Shown here: in pieces, positions 16,133 through 24,659 of the stretch | Position numbering within the stretch: the stretch's first letter is position 1 | Layout: every line of letters begins with the position of its first letter | The notes under the pieces: model-generated | Database searches by the model: none | What the model saw: only the letters and a program-made list of their open reading frames with translations | What the model was told of the DNA's origin: nothing | NCBI GenBank assembly: GCA_964414155.1 | Contig: CAYPVN010000005.1 | Location: forward strand, 1 to 27,965 | From: an uncultured Chitinophagales bacterium | Lineage (GTDB): Bacteria; Bacteroidota; Ignavibacteria; UBA10030; UBA6906 | Direction: 5' to 3' | DNA: 27,965 nucleotides | Program-made: the position numbers and the translations under genes

Positions 16133-18403
16133 ATGTCGAAACGAGGGTTGGTCTTTTCTCTGGTTGTCTTGCTGGCGTTGCTCGAAGTCAATGCCGGGGT
16201 GGGAGCGTGGCGGAACTTCACATCGATGAAGGACGTTACCAGCCTTTCCGCACACGACGGTTTGATTTGGGCTGCAACTTCGGGGGGACTATTCGCCTGG
16301 GATCAAGCCAAGGATGTGTATCAGCAGTTCACAAATGCCGAGGGTTTGAAGAGCGTTGATCTAACCGCGCTGGCGATCGATCAAAAGGGGGATATCTGGA
16401 CCGGAACCTCAACCGGCATCATCCACATCTACTCCCCCCGATCAAACACATGGCGGTACGTCCTTGACATCGCACTGGCAAACCAGACAAAGAAGAGAAT
16501 CAACGCCCTCACCATACATGGCGATACCGTTCTGATCAGCACCGATTTTGGGCTGAGCGTTCTTAAATTACAGAACCTCGAATTCGGCGACACCTACAAG
16601 AGATTTGGCAATCTTCCATCGAACCTCCGGCTTGGATCTCTTTCTTCTTCGATCTACGACGGCAAAATCTGGATTGCTATCACCGATTCGGTGACAAACC
16701 ATCGAATTGCGGTTGCTGATCTTTCAGGCCCAAACCTGCTCGCACCGGAATCATGGTCTTTACAGGTTGTTGGCTCGAACGATACGATCAAGACCTTGTC
16801 TGTGTTTAACAATTCGTTATATGCAGGAACGAGCCGGGGTTTGTACACGTATTCAAATGGGTCATGGAATCCGATTGCATCAACCACCGGCCTGAATATT
16901 GTCAGCCTGACCTCATCCGGAACTCTGCTGGCTATCTCTAGCATGTCCGGAAGAGTTGACACAATGAATCAGCAGGGAACCAGTGGACAATTTGGATCAG
17001 GCTTTTCATTTTCTCCAAAATCCATTACACTCAATTCGTCCGGAAAGCCGGTTATCGGCGCGTTCGAGGGCGGGGTACTTACCTTTACAAATGCGTGGAT
17101 TTCCCACGCGCCAAATGGACCGGCATCAAATCAATTCCTGCAAGTAACTGTGGATGATGATGGGGTTGTATGGGGTGCATCCGGAAGCACAAATGGAAGG
17201 GGCTTCTATCGATACAACGGCAAAAGTTGGAAATCGTTTACCATGGAAAACAGTGGACTTCCGACAAACAATTACTACCATGTGTCCGTAGGATGCAACG
17301 GGTCCGTCTGGGCAAGTTCTTGGGGTCGAGGCATGGTTGAAATACCGCGCGGATCCGACATGATTGATTCATCCAATATTTATGGTCGTAATGTGGGAAT
17401 GATAGGGCTGTCGAATGATACTAACTTCGTCGTAGTAACGTCTGTGGTTTGCGACAATTCTGGGAACCACTGGATGTCCGTTAACCAACCCGCCAACTCA
17501 AGGGTTCTCACGGTTCAAAAAGCTGACGGCACGTGGAGGCATCTGTTTGCAAGGGTGGCAGGAACGAACATCAGCACACTCTTCAACAGTTTGCCCATTG
17601 ATAGAAACTTTACTGTGGATGGGTTTGGTACTCTGTGGGGCGTAGCGAGGCAGGGCAACTTCCAGGGAGTGTTCTCACTCGGTAACCGCGGAGCAATTGA
17701 AGACTCCGTTGACTACTTCCTTACCGTTTCAGATGGATTGCCGAGTAACGATGTTGCTACAATAGTGACCGACCGGGAAGGCGATATCTGGGTTGGAACC
17801 GATCGAGGAATTGCCATAATACTGGATCCATCAAATCCAAAGAGGACAGGTGGCATCGCCTCTTACAAGCCGTTGAACGGCCTTTCAATTAACACTATTG
17901 CCGTCGATCCGATAAACCAAAAATGGGTCGGTACGGCCGAGGGGGTGATCGTTCTTTCACAAGACGGAACTCAGCAAATTGCTTCGTATACGGTTGCCAG
18001 CACCGATGGAAGGCTGATTGATAATGATGTCAAGAGTATTGCCATCGATGCGAAATCGGGTACTGTCTATTTCGGTACGCTCCTTGGCCTGGCGAGCATT
18101 ACGACTGCGGCAGCTACTCCAAAACAGACTTTTGATGAAATCCTAACCTATCCCAATCCTTATATCATTCCGAACACAACGACCGTGACAATTGATGGTC
18201 TTGTTGGACGGTCAGCCATTAAGATTCTCTCAATCGATGGACATTTGGTTCGCGACATTATCACACCGGGAGGCCGGATCGGGTTCTGGGACGGAAAGGA
18301 TGAAGAGGGAAAGGACGTTTCATCGGGTATTTACATTGTTGTCGCCTATTCCGAAGATGGGAGCCAAACCGCCACCGGCAAGGTTGCGGTGGTTAGAAGA
18401 TAG
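16133..18403 (+). CDS. PorZ-like two-component-regulator beta-propeller protein with a C-terminal T9SS type-A sorting/FlgD-Ig-like domain
   Basis: Signal peptide, N-terminal WRNFTS, and propeller repeats (GDIWTGT, GVVWGAS, GDIWVGTDRGI, NQKWVGTAEGV, VYFGTLLGLAS). CTD: YPNPY...IKILSIDGHLVRDI...WDGKDEEGKDVSSGIYIV...TGKVAVVRR. The start is ATG 16133 (GGTGA SD) or ATG 16127. Confidence 0.8.
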   Translation: MSKRGLVFSLVVLLALLEVNAGVGAWRNFTSMKDVTSLSAHDGLIWAATSGGLFAWDQAKDVYQQFTNAEGLKSVDLTALAIDQKGDIWTGTSTGIIHIYSPRSNTWRYVLDIALANQTKKRINALTIHGDTVLISTDFGLSVLKLQNLEFGDTYKRFGNLPSNLRLGSLSSSIYDGKIWIAITDSVTNHRIAVADLSGPNLLAPESWSLQVVGSNDTIKTLSVFNNSLYAGTSRGLYTYSNGSWNPIASTTGLNIVSLTSSGTLLAISSMSGRVDTMNQQGTSGQFGSGFSFSPKSITLNSSGKPVIGAFEGGVLTFTNAWISHAPNGPASNQFLQVTVDDDGVVWGASGSTNGRGFYRYNGKSWKSFTMENSGLPTNNYYHVSVGCNGSVWASSWGRGMVEIPRGSDMIDSSNIYGRNVGMIGLSNDTNFVVVTSVVCDNSGNHWMSVNQPANSRVLTVQKADGTWRHLFARVAGTNISTLFNSLPIDRNFTVDGFGTLWGVARQGNFQGVFSLGNRGAIEDSVDYFLTVSDGLPSNDVATIVTDREGDIWVGTDRGIAIILDPSNPKRTGGIASYKPLNGLSINTIAVDPINQKWVGTAEGVIVLSQDGTQQIASYTVASTDGRLIDNDVKSIAIDAKSGTVYFGTLLGLASITTAAATPKQTFDEILTYPNPYIIPNTTTVTIDGLVGRSAIKILSIDGHLVRDIITPGGRIGFWDGKDEEGKDVSSGIYIVVAYSEDGSQTATGKVAVVRR

Positions 18404-18438
18404 GTAGGTGAGCGTAAACTCCAGTTAGGTCGGCTGGA

Positions 18439-18452
18439 TTGACACGAATCAA
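18439..18452. promoter_or_regulatory. Fnr-like palindrome coinciding with a TTGACA -35 upstream of the PUR-family gene
   Basis: TTGAC-ACGA-ATCAA matches 9/10 of TTGAT-N4-ATCAA. No clean -10 lies at canonical spacing. Confidence 0.4.
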
Positions 18453-18517
18453 GAAGCCGGTCATTAATTTCTTAATTATTGATGTTTCATATTTTCCGTG
18501 GAAGGAGGATGTAGATC

Positions 18518-18790
18518 TTGGATAACAATGGCTACAAGGATGAGATCTTTACAAAACGTGTGAGGGCAGGCAAGCGCACGTACTTTTTTGACGTGAAGTC
18601 CACGAAGTCGGAGAAGGACTTCTATATAACAATAACCGAGAGCAAGCGAGTTGGTGAAGACGAGTACGAAAAGCACAAGATTTTCCTCTACAAAGAGGAC
18701 TTCCAGAAGTTCACAGAGGCTCTTTCGGAAACGGTGTCGCATGTAGAAACGGAGCTGCTGCAAAAGCTCGAGAAGCCCCTCGAAGCCTAG
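18518..18790 (+). CDS. DUF3276 / PUR-family ssDNA/RNA-binding protein
   Basis: EIFTKRVRAGKRTYFFDVK...YITITESKR...KHKIFLYKEDFQKF. TTG start with AAGGAGG (18502-18508) 9 nt upstream. Confidence 0.9.
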   Translation: MDNNGYKDEIFTKRVRAGKRTYFFDVKSTKSEKDFYITITESKRVGEDEYEKHKIFLYKEDFQKFTEALSETVSHVETELLQKLEKPLEA

Positions 18791-18841
18791 GTTTATCCAA
18801 GGACTTCCTGACAACCCTCCCCATCTGCAAGAGCGAGTGTC

Positions 18842-19513
18842 ATGAGGGATGACTTGCCGGTTACGGCCGTTATTATCAACTACAGAACAGCTGATCTTTT
18901 TGAGCGGGCAATTGCTTCGCTTCGGCGATTCTATCCTAGAATCCGGTTGTTGTTGATCGATAACGGCTCGGGAGACGGGAAGAGCGATTTGGTAATGGCA
19001 CAATGGAAATCGCGTCAACCAGATCAAACCGAACTACTGTTCAACACGAGGAATCTCCATCACGGGCCGGCGATAGATCTGGCACTACACCACGCCTTAT
19101 CACCTTTCCTTCTTTTCCTTGATTCCGATTGCGAGGTCTTGAATGGCGGTTTCGTGCAGCTTATGCTTGAGCGTGCAGCAGCCTCTCCACTCCATTACGC
19201 GATTGGAAAAAAAATCTGGATGAATCACAGGGGATTTGACCTCCCCACTGACACCCCTTCCGCAATTCCATACATCCGACCAATCTGTCTACTCATCAGA
19301 AGGGGAAGCTATCTTACGCTACCAAGAGCAAAACATCACGGAGCTCCACTTCTTGAAAATATGCGGGAAGCCGCCCGGAGAGGCTACCTGTTAGTTGATT
19401 TTCCGGTTGAGCAATATATCAGCCATAATGGTCGCGGCACTGCAAGTCGATACGGCTACCAACTTGGCTGGAAAGGGAAGTTGAATCATCTTCTCCACAA
19501 GATAGGGTTGTGA
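18842..19513 (+). CDS. Glycosyltransferase family 2 protein
   Basis: VTAVIINYRT, LLLIDNGSGD, N.HHGPA and the DxD motif FLLFLDSDC. Confidence 0.85.
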   Translation: MRDDLPVTAVIINYRTADLFERAIASLRRFYPRIRLLLIDNGSGDGKSDLVMAQWKSRQPDQTELLFNTRNLHHGPAIDLALHHALSPFLLFLDSDCEVLNGGFVQLMLERAAASPLHYAIGKKIWMNHRGFDLPTDTPSAIPYIRPICLLIRRGSYLTLPRAKHHGAPLLENMREAARRGYLLVDFPVEQYISHNGRGTASRYGYQLGWKGKLNHLLHKIGL

Positions 19514-19559
19514 CCTATCCTCAATGCACCTCCTGCGAGGGCACATCTCCTCCCTTGCC

Positions 19560-19588
19560 TTGACTCTTTATGGTTTTTTCCCTATATT
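19560..19588 (+). promoter_or_regulatory. Sigma70 promoter of the yceD-rpmF-plsX-fab cluster
   Basis: TTGACT (19560-19565), 17-nt spacer, TATATT (19583-19588). Confidence 0.78.
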
Positions 19589-19619
19589 TTTAGCGGTTTT
19601 TTCTGTTTGCTGGTGAATT

Positions 19620-19648
19620 TGAGGGCATGAGGCGCGCTGCAGCCCTCA
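19620..19648 (+). other. Hairpin in the predicted yceD 5' leader
   Basis: TGAGGGC (19620-19626) pairs perfectly with GCCCTCA (19642-19648), with partial inner pairing. Confidence 0.5.
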
Positions 19649-19684
19649 GGAAAGGGTCATCCACTGAAAGAGAAGAACGAGTCC

Positions 19685-20188
19685 ATGAAAATTCAGGTTG
19701 GGGGACTTTCAGACGGAATTCATCAGTATAGGCTCCAGGTAGGCCCTGCGGAATTGGGGTTGAACGGGAATTTCACTGAAGACATCATTGTCGAGGCGTC
19801 CCTCGATAAAACCGGCAACCAGTTCCTTCTCAAATCAACCATCCGAGTAAACGGAACGTTTGAGTGTGATCGATGCATCTGCCAGTTCGGACGGATGCTT
19901 CAATCGTCATATCAGATGTACTATAGTGCGGATGGAGCAGATCACGGACAGATCGACCGGGCCGAGATTCAGGTAATTCCAACCGGGCTCACAGTTATTG
20001 ATTTATCAGATGATGTGCGGCAGACAATCCTTCTTTCGATTCCGTTGAAGCTACTTTGTAACGATGGTTGTGAGGGGCTGTGCCCGCACTGCGGTGCGAA
20101 CCTGAACAGTGAGCGATGCGCATGCTCAACAACGAGCAGTGACCTCCGGTGGGAGAAACTCGCCGTGCTGCAAAAAAAAAGAATTTGA
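19685..20188 (+). CDS. yceD: DUF177/YceD family protein (23S rRNA accumulation)
   Basis: ECDRC, IDLSDDVRQTILLSIPLKLLCNDGCEGLCPHCGANLN, and LRWEKL. Directly upstream of rpmF, the conserved position. Confidence 0.92.
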   Translation: MKIQVGGLSDGIHQYRLQVGPAELGLNGNFTEDIIVEASLDKTGNQFLLKSTIRVNGTFECDRCICQFGRMLQSSYQMYYSADGADHGQIDRAEIQVIPTGLTVIDLSDDVRQTILLSIPLKLLCNDGCEGLCPHCGANLNSERCACSTTSSDLRWEKLAVLQKKRI

Positions 20189-20217
20189 ACGATCGAAGCT
20201 AGAAGGAGTATCCAGTC

Positions 20218-20400
20218 ATGCCAAATCCAAAACGACGACATTCGAAGACACGCGGACGGAAGCGCCGGACACATTACAAAGCTCACGCGGCCGCCGTGGC
20301 AGAATGCCCAAACTGCCACACACAGAAGCTTCCGCACCGCGCCTGCCCTAACTGTGGCTACTATAACGGCCGTTCCATTATTGTTCCGAAGGCATTATAG
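20218..20400 (+). CDS. rpmF: 50S ribosomal protein L32 (four-Cys zinc-ribbon form)
   Basis: MPNPKRRHSKTRGRKRRTH...CPNC...PHRACPNCGYYNGR. Confidence 0.97.
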   Translation: MPNPKRRHSKTRGRKRRTHYKAHAAAVAECPNCHTQKLPHRACPNCGYYNGRSIIVPKAL

Positions 20401-20462
20401 CGGGGTGAACCCGCCGATGTGACTTCGGATTCTACCTCTTACAAGCTTCGGCACTGCACCTC

Positions 20463-21506
20463 TTGAATTTTCAACGAAATCATATATGCATAGCTGTCGA
20501 CGCAATGGGGGGAGATTTTGCCCCCCGTAACGTTGTTGCAGGTGCAGCGGAAGCCCTGCGGGAATCGAGCGGCAGGTTCTCAATCCTGTTAGTCGGGCAG
20601 GAAGAACGGGTTCAGGAAGAAGTGAGGCAATGGCCAGATCTTACATCAATCAAATCTCAAAACGGTGAACCTGCGTGTTCTGTTGTGGATGCGAGAGATG
20701 TTATTGATATGAATGATTCGCCGAATGCGGCGCTGAAGACCAAGAAGAATTCCTCCATAGCAGTTGGGATCAACTTGCACCGTGAGGGGAAAACCGATGC
20801 CTTTGTCAGCGCTGGGAACACCGGAGCTGTGCTTTCCGCATCGACGTTGATCCTTGGCAGAATCCCTGGCGTGGGCAGACCAACGATTGGCGCATTGATT
20901 CCGACTGAAACGACTCCTTGCCTGCTCGTCGACGCGGGAGCAAATGTCGATTGCAGGGCTCAACATCTGTTTGAGTTTGGAGTGATGGGTTCGATATACG
21001 TTTCAGCGATGTTGAATAAGAGCAAGCCCACTGTCGGCCTGCTCAGCATTGGAGAGGAAGAGGTCAAGGGAAATGAGGCAAGCCTGGAAGCGTTTGTCCT
21101 GATGAAACGAAGCCGCCTCAATTTCGCAGGAAATGTGGAGGGGAGAGACATCCTGAAAGGGAAGGTCGATGTTGTGGTCTGTGATGGATTTGTAGGGAAC
21201 ATCCTGTTGAAATTTGGTGAAAGCGTCCCTGCATTCTTCAAGGCGAAGTTCAAGAAATTTGCCGCAGCCAGTGTACTGAACAAGGCTATGGTGATGTTCG
21301 CCCGATCAGGTATGCGCACCGTAATGAAAGAGCTGGATTATCAGGAACATGGTGGCGTTCCCCTGTTGGGCGTCAATGGCGTTTCCATAATCGGACACGG
21401 CGGATCAACGCCGAAGGCTGTCAAGAACATGATCTATCGAGCCGAAGAGATGGTGTTGCGGAAGGTTAACGCGCAGATCAAAGAGGCGATGGTCAACCTT
21501 GCATGA
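20463..21506 (+). CDS. plsX: Phosphate acyltransferase PlsX
   Basis: IAVDAMGGD, SAGNTGA, DAGANVD, GNVEGRDI, VVCDGFVGN and IIGHG. There is no in-frame ATG before IAVDA, so the start is TTG 20463 (or CTG 20454). Confidence 0.96.
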   Translation: MNFQRNHICIAVDAMGGDFAPRNVVAGAAEALRESSGRFSILLVGQEERVQEEVRQWPDLTSIKSQNGEPACSVVDARDVIDMNDSPNAALKTKKNSSIAVGINLHREGKTDAFVSAGNTGAVLSASTLILGRIPGVGRPTIGALIPTETTPCLLVDAGANVDCRAQHLFEFGVMGSIYVSAMLNKSKPTVGLLSIGEEEVKGNEASLEAFVLMKRSRLNFAGNVEGRDILKGKVDVVVCDGFVGNILLKFGESVPAFFKAKFKKFAAASVLNKAMVMFARSGMRTVMKELDYQEHGGVPLLGVNGVSIIGHGGSTPKAVKNMIYRAEEMVLRKVNAQIKEAMVNLA

Positions 21507-21536
21507 GCATGATGATCGTTGGAGAGGCGAGAAAGA

Positions 21537-22547
21537 ATGACAAGCAAGCGGGCTGAAATTACTGCAGTTGGGCATTTCGTGCCGGACAAGATCCTGTCGA
21601 ATGCCGATCTGGAAAAAATGGTAGACACTACGGACGAATGGATCCGGACGCGGACGGGAATCTCCGAGCGGCGGATTCTCGAAAACGGTGCCACGTCCGA
21701 TATGGCCTCGAAGGCAATTGTGGTCATGCTGAAGAATCGTGGCATCAAGGCAGAGGAGATCGACATCATCGTTGTGGCCACAATCTCGCCCGACATGTTC
21801 TTTCCTTCGACCGCCTGTATCATTCAGGAGAAGATCGGCGCAACCAGGGCATGGGGGTTCGACGTATCGGCGGCGTGTTCCGGCTTTCTCTATGCTCTCG
21901 TTATCGGAGCGCAGTTTGTGGAAACGGGGACGTACAAGAAGGTCGTGGTCGTCGGCTCCGACAAGATGAGCGCCATTACGGATTACACCGATCGGAACAA
22001 CTGCATCCTCTTCGGCGATGCGGCGGCAGCTGTGCTTCTTGAGCCGACTGACAACAATGACGCCGGAATCCTTGATCATATCCTGCGCAGCGATGGATCC
22101 GGAGGAAAGTATCTTTACATGCTTGGAGGTGGCAGCCTGAATCCGAGCACACACGAAACCGTCGACAAGAAGATGCACTTCCTCTATCAGGACGGAAAAG
22201 CTGTTTTCAAAGTCGCCGTTGTCGGAATGGCCGAAGTGTCGGGAGAGATCATGGAGCGTAACAATCTTACCGGCAAGGATGTCGATTGGCTCGTTCCGCA
22301 TCAGGCAAACCTGCGTATCATTGACGCCTGCACCGAACGAATGGGGTTGGATAAGTCGAAAGTCATGGTCAACATCGATCGGTACGGGAATACGACCGCT
22401 GCAACAATTCCCCTCTGCCTTTCAGAATGGTGGCATAAGGGCAAGTTGCGCAAAGGCCAGACGGTTGTGCTGGCAAGTTTTGGCGCGGGGTACACCTGGG
22501 GGGCGGTTCTTGTGAAATGGTCCGCAAACGATCGGGCGAATGTATGA
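21537..22547 (+). CDS. fabH: 3-oxoacyl-ACP synthase III
   Basis: TRTGISERR, AACSGF (catalytic Cys), LFGDAA, PHQANLRI and YGNT. ATG 21537 has GGAG upstream. Confidence 0.96.
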   Translation: MTSKRAEITAVGHFVPDKILSNADLEKMVDTTDEWIRTRTGISERRILENGATSDMASKAIVVMLKNRGIKAEEIDIIVVATISPDMFFPSTACIIQEKIGATRAWGFDVSAACSGFLYALVIGAQFVETGTYKKVVVVGSDKMSAITDYTDRNNCILFGDAAAAVLLEPTDNNDAGILDHILRSDGSGGKYLYMLGGGSLNPSTHETVDKKMHFLYQDGKAVFKVAVVGMAEVSGEIMERNNLTGKDVDWLVPHQANLRIIDACTERMGLDKSKVMVNIDRYGNTTAATIPLCLSEWWHKGKLRKGQTVVLASFGAGYTWGAVLVKWSANDRANV

Positions 22548-23464
22548 TGGAAAAAGTGGCTTTCATCTTTCCGGGGCAGGGATCTCAATATATTGGTATG
22601 GGAAAAGACCATTACGCCCTTGATGGCGATGGGAAGAAGCTCTTTGACGTTGCTGATTCGCTACTCGGCCTTTCACTCAGCACATTGTGTTTTGAAGGGC
22701 CGGAGCAGGAGCTCCGTCAGACACGCAACACACAACCAGCGATTTTTGTGCACAGCATTGCCGTGTGGCAGATGATGATGCACCTTCAGCCGGAGATGGT
22801 TGCCGGTCACTCTCTCGGTGAATACAGCGCGCTTGTAGCAGCAGGGGCACTCACATTTGAAGATGGACTTCGCCTCGTGCGACTGAGAGGTGAATTGATG
22901 CAACGTGCAGGTGAAGAGAACAGAGGCACGATGGCTGCAGTCGTTGGTCTCGCTCCAGACGTTATCGAGGAGATTTGTGAGGAAGCCACCTCTGCGGGCA
23001 TTGTTCAATGCGCAAACTTCAATTCTCCCGGGCAGATTGTCATTTCGGGTTCTGTCGAAGGCGTTCATAGTGCAATGGAAATCGCAAAGCAGAAAGGCGC
23101 GAAACTGGTGAAGGAATTGGTCGTCAGCGGAGCGTTTCATTCTCCACTAATGCAGAGCGCGAAGGACGGCCTCAAGGAAGCTCTCGCTAAAGTCACCATC
23201 ACCGATGCGGCACTTCCTGTGTACGCAAACGTGACGGCGGAGCCGGTAACGAAAGCTGCCGACATACGAGAGTTGCTGTATCAACAGGTGACAAGCCCTG
23301 TCCGTTGGGAGCAGACGATCATGAACATGGTGCGCGATGGGGCAAGCCAATTCTATGAGATTGGTCCCGGCAAAGTACTGCAAGGACTTGTGAAGCGCAT
23401 CGATCCCTCGGTGCCGGTAACAGGCTTCGATAAGCACGCCGATATCCAGCAAGCAGCAGGTTAA
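22544..23464 (+). CDS. fabD: Malonyl-CoA-ACP transacylase
   Basis: FPGQGSQ, TQPAI, GHSLGEYSAL, AFHSPLM and EIGPGKVL. ATGATG overlaps the fabH stop. Confidence 0.96.
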   Translation: MMEKVAFIFPGQGSQYIGMGKDHYALDGDGKKLFDVADSLLGLSLSTLCFEGPEQELRQTRNTQPAIFVHSIAVWQMMMHLQPEMVAGHSLGEYSALVAAGALTFEDGLRLVRLRGELMQRAGEENRGTMAAVVGLAPDVIEEICEEATSAGIVQCANFNSPGQIVISGSVEGVHSAMEIAKQKGAKLVKELVVSGAFHSPLMQSAKDGLKEALAKVTITDAALPVYANVTAEPVTKAADIRELLYQQVTSPVRWEQTIMNMVRDGASQFYEIGPGKVLQGLVKRIDPSVPVTGFDKHADIQQAAG

Positions 23465-23489
23465 TTCTGGGAGAGAATTTCAGGCGAAC

Positions 23490-24236
23490 ATGAACGCACT
23501 TCAAAATAAGGTTGCGCTTGTAACAGGCGGAAGTCGGGGAATTGGCAAATCCATTGTTCTCGCGCTGGCGGATGCTGGTGCAACGGTGGTGTTCACCTAC
23601 AAATCTTCTGCAGATGCCTCGGCCCGGATCGTTGAAGATCTTAGAGCAAAAGGACAAAAGGTGTTTTCTTACCAGTCAGACGCTGTTTCCAGTAGTCAGG
23701 CGAAAGAACTTGTTGAACGCATCGTGAAGGATCACGCTCAACTCGATATCCTCGTCAATAATGCCGGGCTTACCAAGGATGGACTGCTCATGCGGATGAG
23801 CGAGGAAGATTGGGACAACGTCATTGCGAACAATTTGAAGAGTGTCTACAACTACAGTAAGGCAGCGTGCCGGCAAATGATGAGTCAGCGGGCGGGAAAA
23901 ATCATCAACATGACTTCAATCGTCGGGTTGACGGGAAATGCCGGACAGACAAATTATGCGGCATCGAAAGCGGGAATCATCGGTTTTACCAAATCTCTTG
24001 CAAAAGAGCTTGGTTCTCGCAATATTCAAGTGAACGCAGTGGCTCCCGGGTTCGTAGAAACCGAAATGACAAACCGGCTCAACGAGGATCAGAAAAAGAC
24101 GCTTATGGACTTGATCCCATTGAAGCGAACTGCAAAACCTGAAGAGATTGCCAATGTTGTCCGCTTCCTTGCCACGTCGGAGGCGGACTACATTACAGGG
24201 CAGGTCATTTGCGTGGATGGTGGTATCACAATGTAG
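23490..24236 (+). CDS. fabG: 3-oxoacyl-ACP reductase
   Basis: [27 protein letters not shown] and NAVAPGF. Confidence 0.96.
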   Translation: MNALQNKVALVTGGSRGIGKSIVLALADAGATVVFTYKSSADASARIVEDLRAKGQKVFSYQSDAVSSSQAKELVERIVKDHAQLDILVNNAGLTKDGLLMRMSEEDWDNVIANNLKSVYNYSKAACRQMMSQRAGKIINMTSIVGLTGNAGQTNYAASKAGIIGFTKSLAKELGSRNIQVNAVAPGFVETEMTNRLNEDQKKTLMDLIPLKRTAKPEEIANVVRFLATSEADYITGQVICVDGGITM

Positions 24237-24300
24237 TGTGTTTGGAAAACGCTATAGTATAACCGTTACTCACTTACCAATAATACAGGAGGTCAGCATC

Positions 24301-24537
24301 ATGGCAGATATTGAGGCAAAAGTAAAGGAGATCATCGTCAACAAACTCGGTGTGGACGATGGCCAGATCACATCCGAAGCCTCTTTCACAAACGATCTTG
24401 GAGCGGACTCACTCGATACGGTCGAGCTCGTCATGGAATTTGAGAAGGCGTTCAATCTCCAGATCCCTGATGAAGATGCCGAAAAAATCGGGACTGTCGG
24501 TGATGCGGTGAAGTATATTAAGTCGAAGACCGCCTGA
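24301..24537 (+). CDS. acpP: Acyl carrier protein
   Basis: [14 protein letters not shown] phosphopantetheine site. SD AGGAGGT (24287-24293) lies 7 nt before ATG 24301; the ORF track's longer start is an artefact. Confidence 0.97.
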   Translation: MADIEAKVKEIIVNKLGVDDGQITSEASFTNDLGADSLDTVELVMEFEKAFNLQIPDEDAEKIGTVGDAVKYIKSKTA

Positions 24538-24555
24538 CAGTACGCGCGTCTCTCC

Positions 24556-24627
24556 GCGCAATCCTCTCCTGAAAGTTCCTTGACTCCCGCTTTGTGCGGG
24601 TGGCGGAGTTCAGAGGGAGGCGGGCGC
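24556..24627 (+). other. Long imperfect intergenic hairpin between acpP and fabF
   Basis: GCGC/GCGC outer pairs, CCTCTCCTGAA (24563-24573) with TTCAGAGGGAGG (24609-24620), TTCC/GGAG, and an apical CCCGC-TTTGT-GCGGG. Confidence 0.65.
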
Positions 24628-24659
24628 AAGTCGAAGGTATTCTAGAATAGTTCAGTAGG

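Noticed and set aside
18509-18514. ATG-TAG start-stop element right after the strong SD of the PUR gene
   Set aside because: There is zero spacing between SD and ATG, so initiation there is implausible. The SD is correctly spaced for TTG 18518.
19525-19543. Short hairpin TGCACCTC-CTGC-GAGGGCA after the GT2 gene as a terminator
   Set aside because: It is a bulged 7-bp stem without a U-tract and is too weak to call.
19627-19731. 34-codon upstream ORF overlapping the yceD start out of frame
   Set aside because: Its ATG is buried in the hairpin, the GAGG is too close to act as an SD, and the peptide has no leader-peptide character.
20172-20180. A9 homopolymer as a possible phase-variation or slippage site
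   Set aside because: It lies in the last five codons of yceD, after the conserved RWEKL motif, so a length change would probably only alter the tail.
24237-24300. Possible internal promoter for acpP (TATAGT/TATAAC)
   Set aside because: -10-like hexamers are present, but I found no convincing -35 at 16-18 nt, so it is not supportable.
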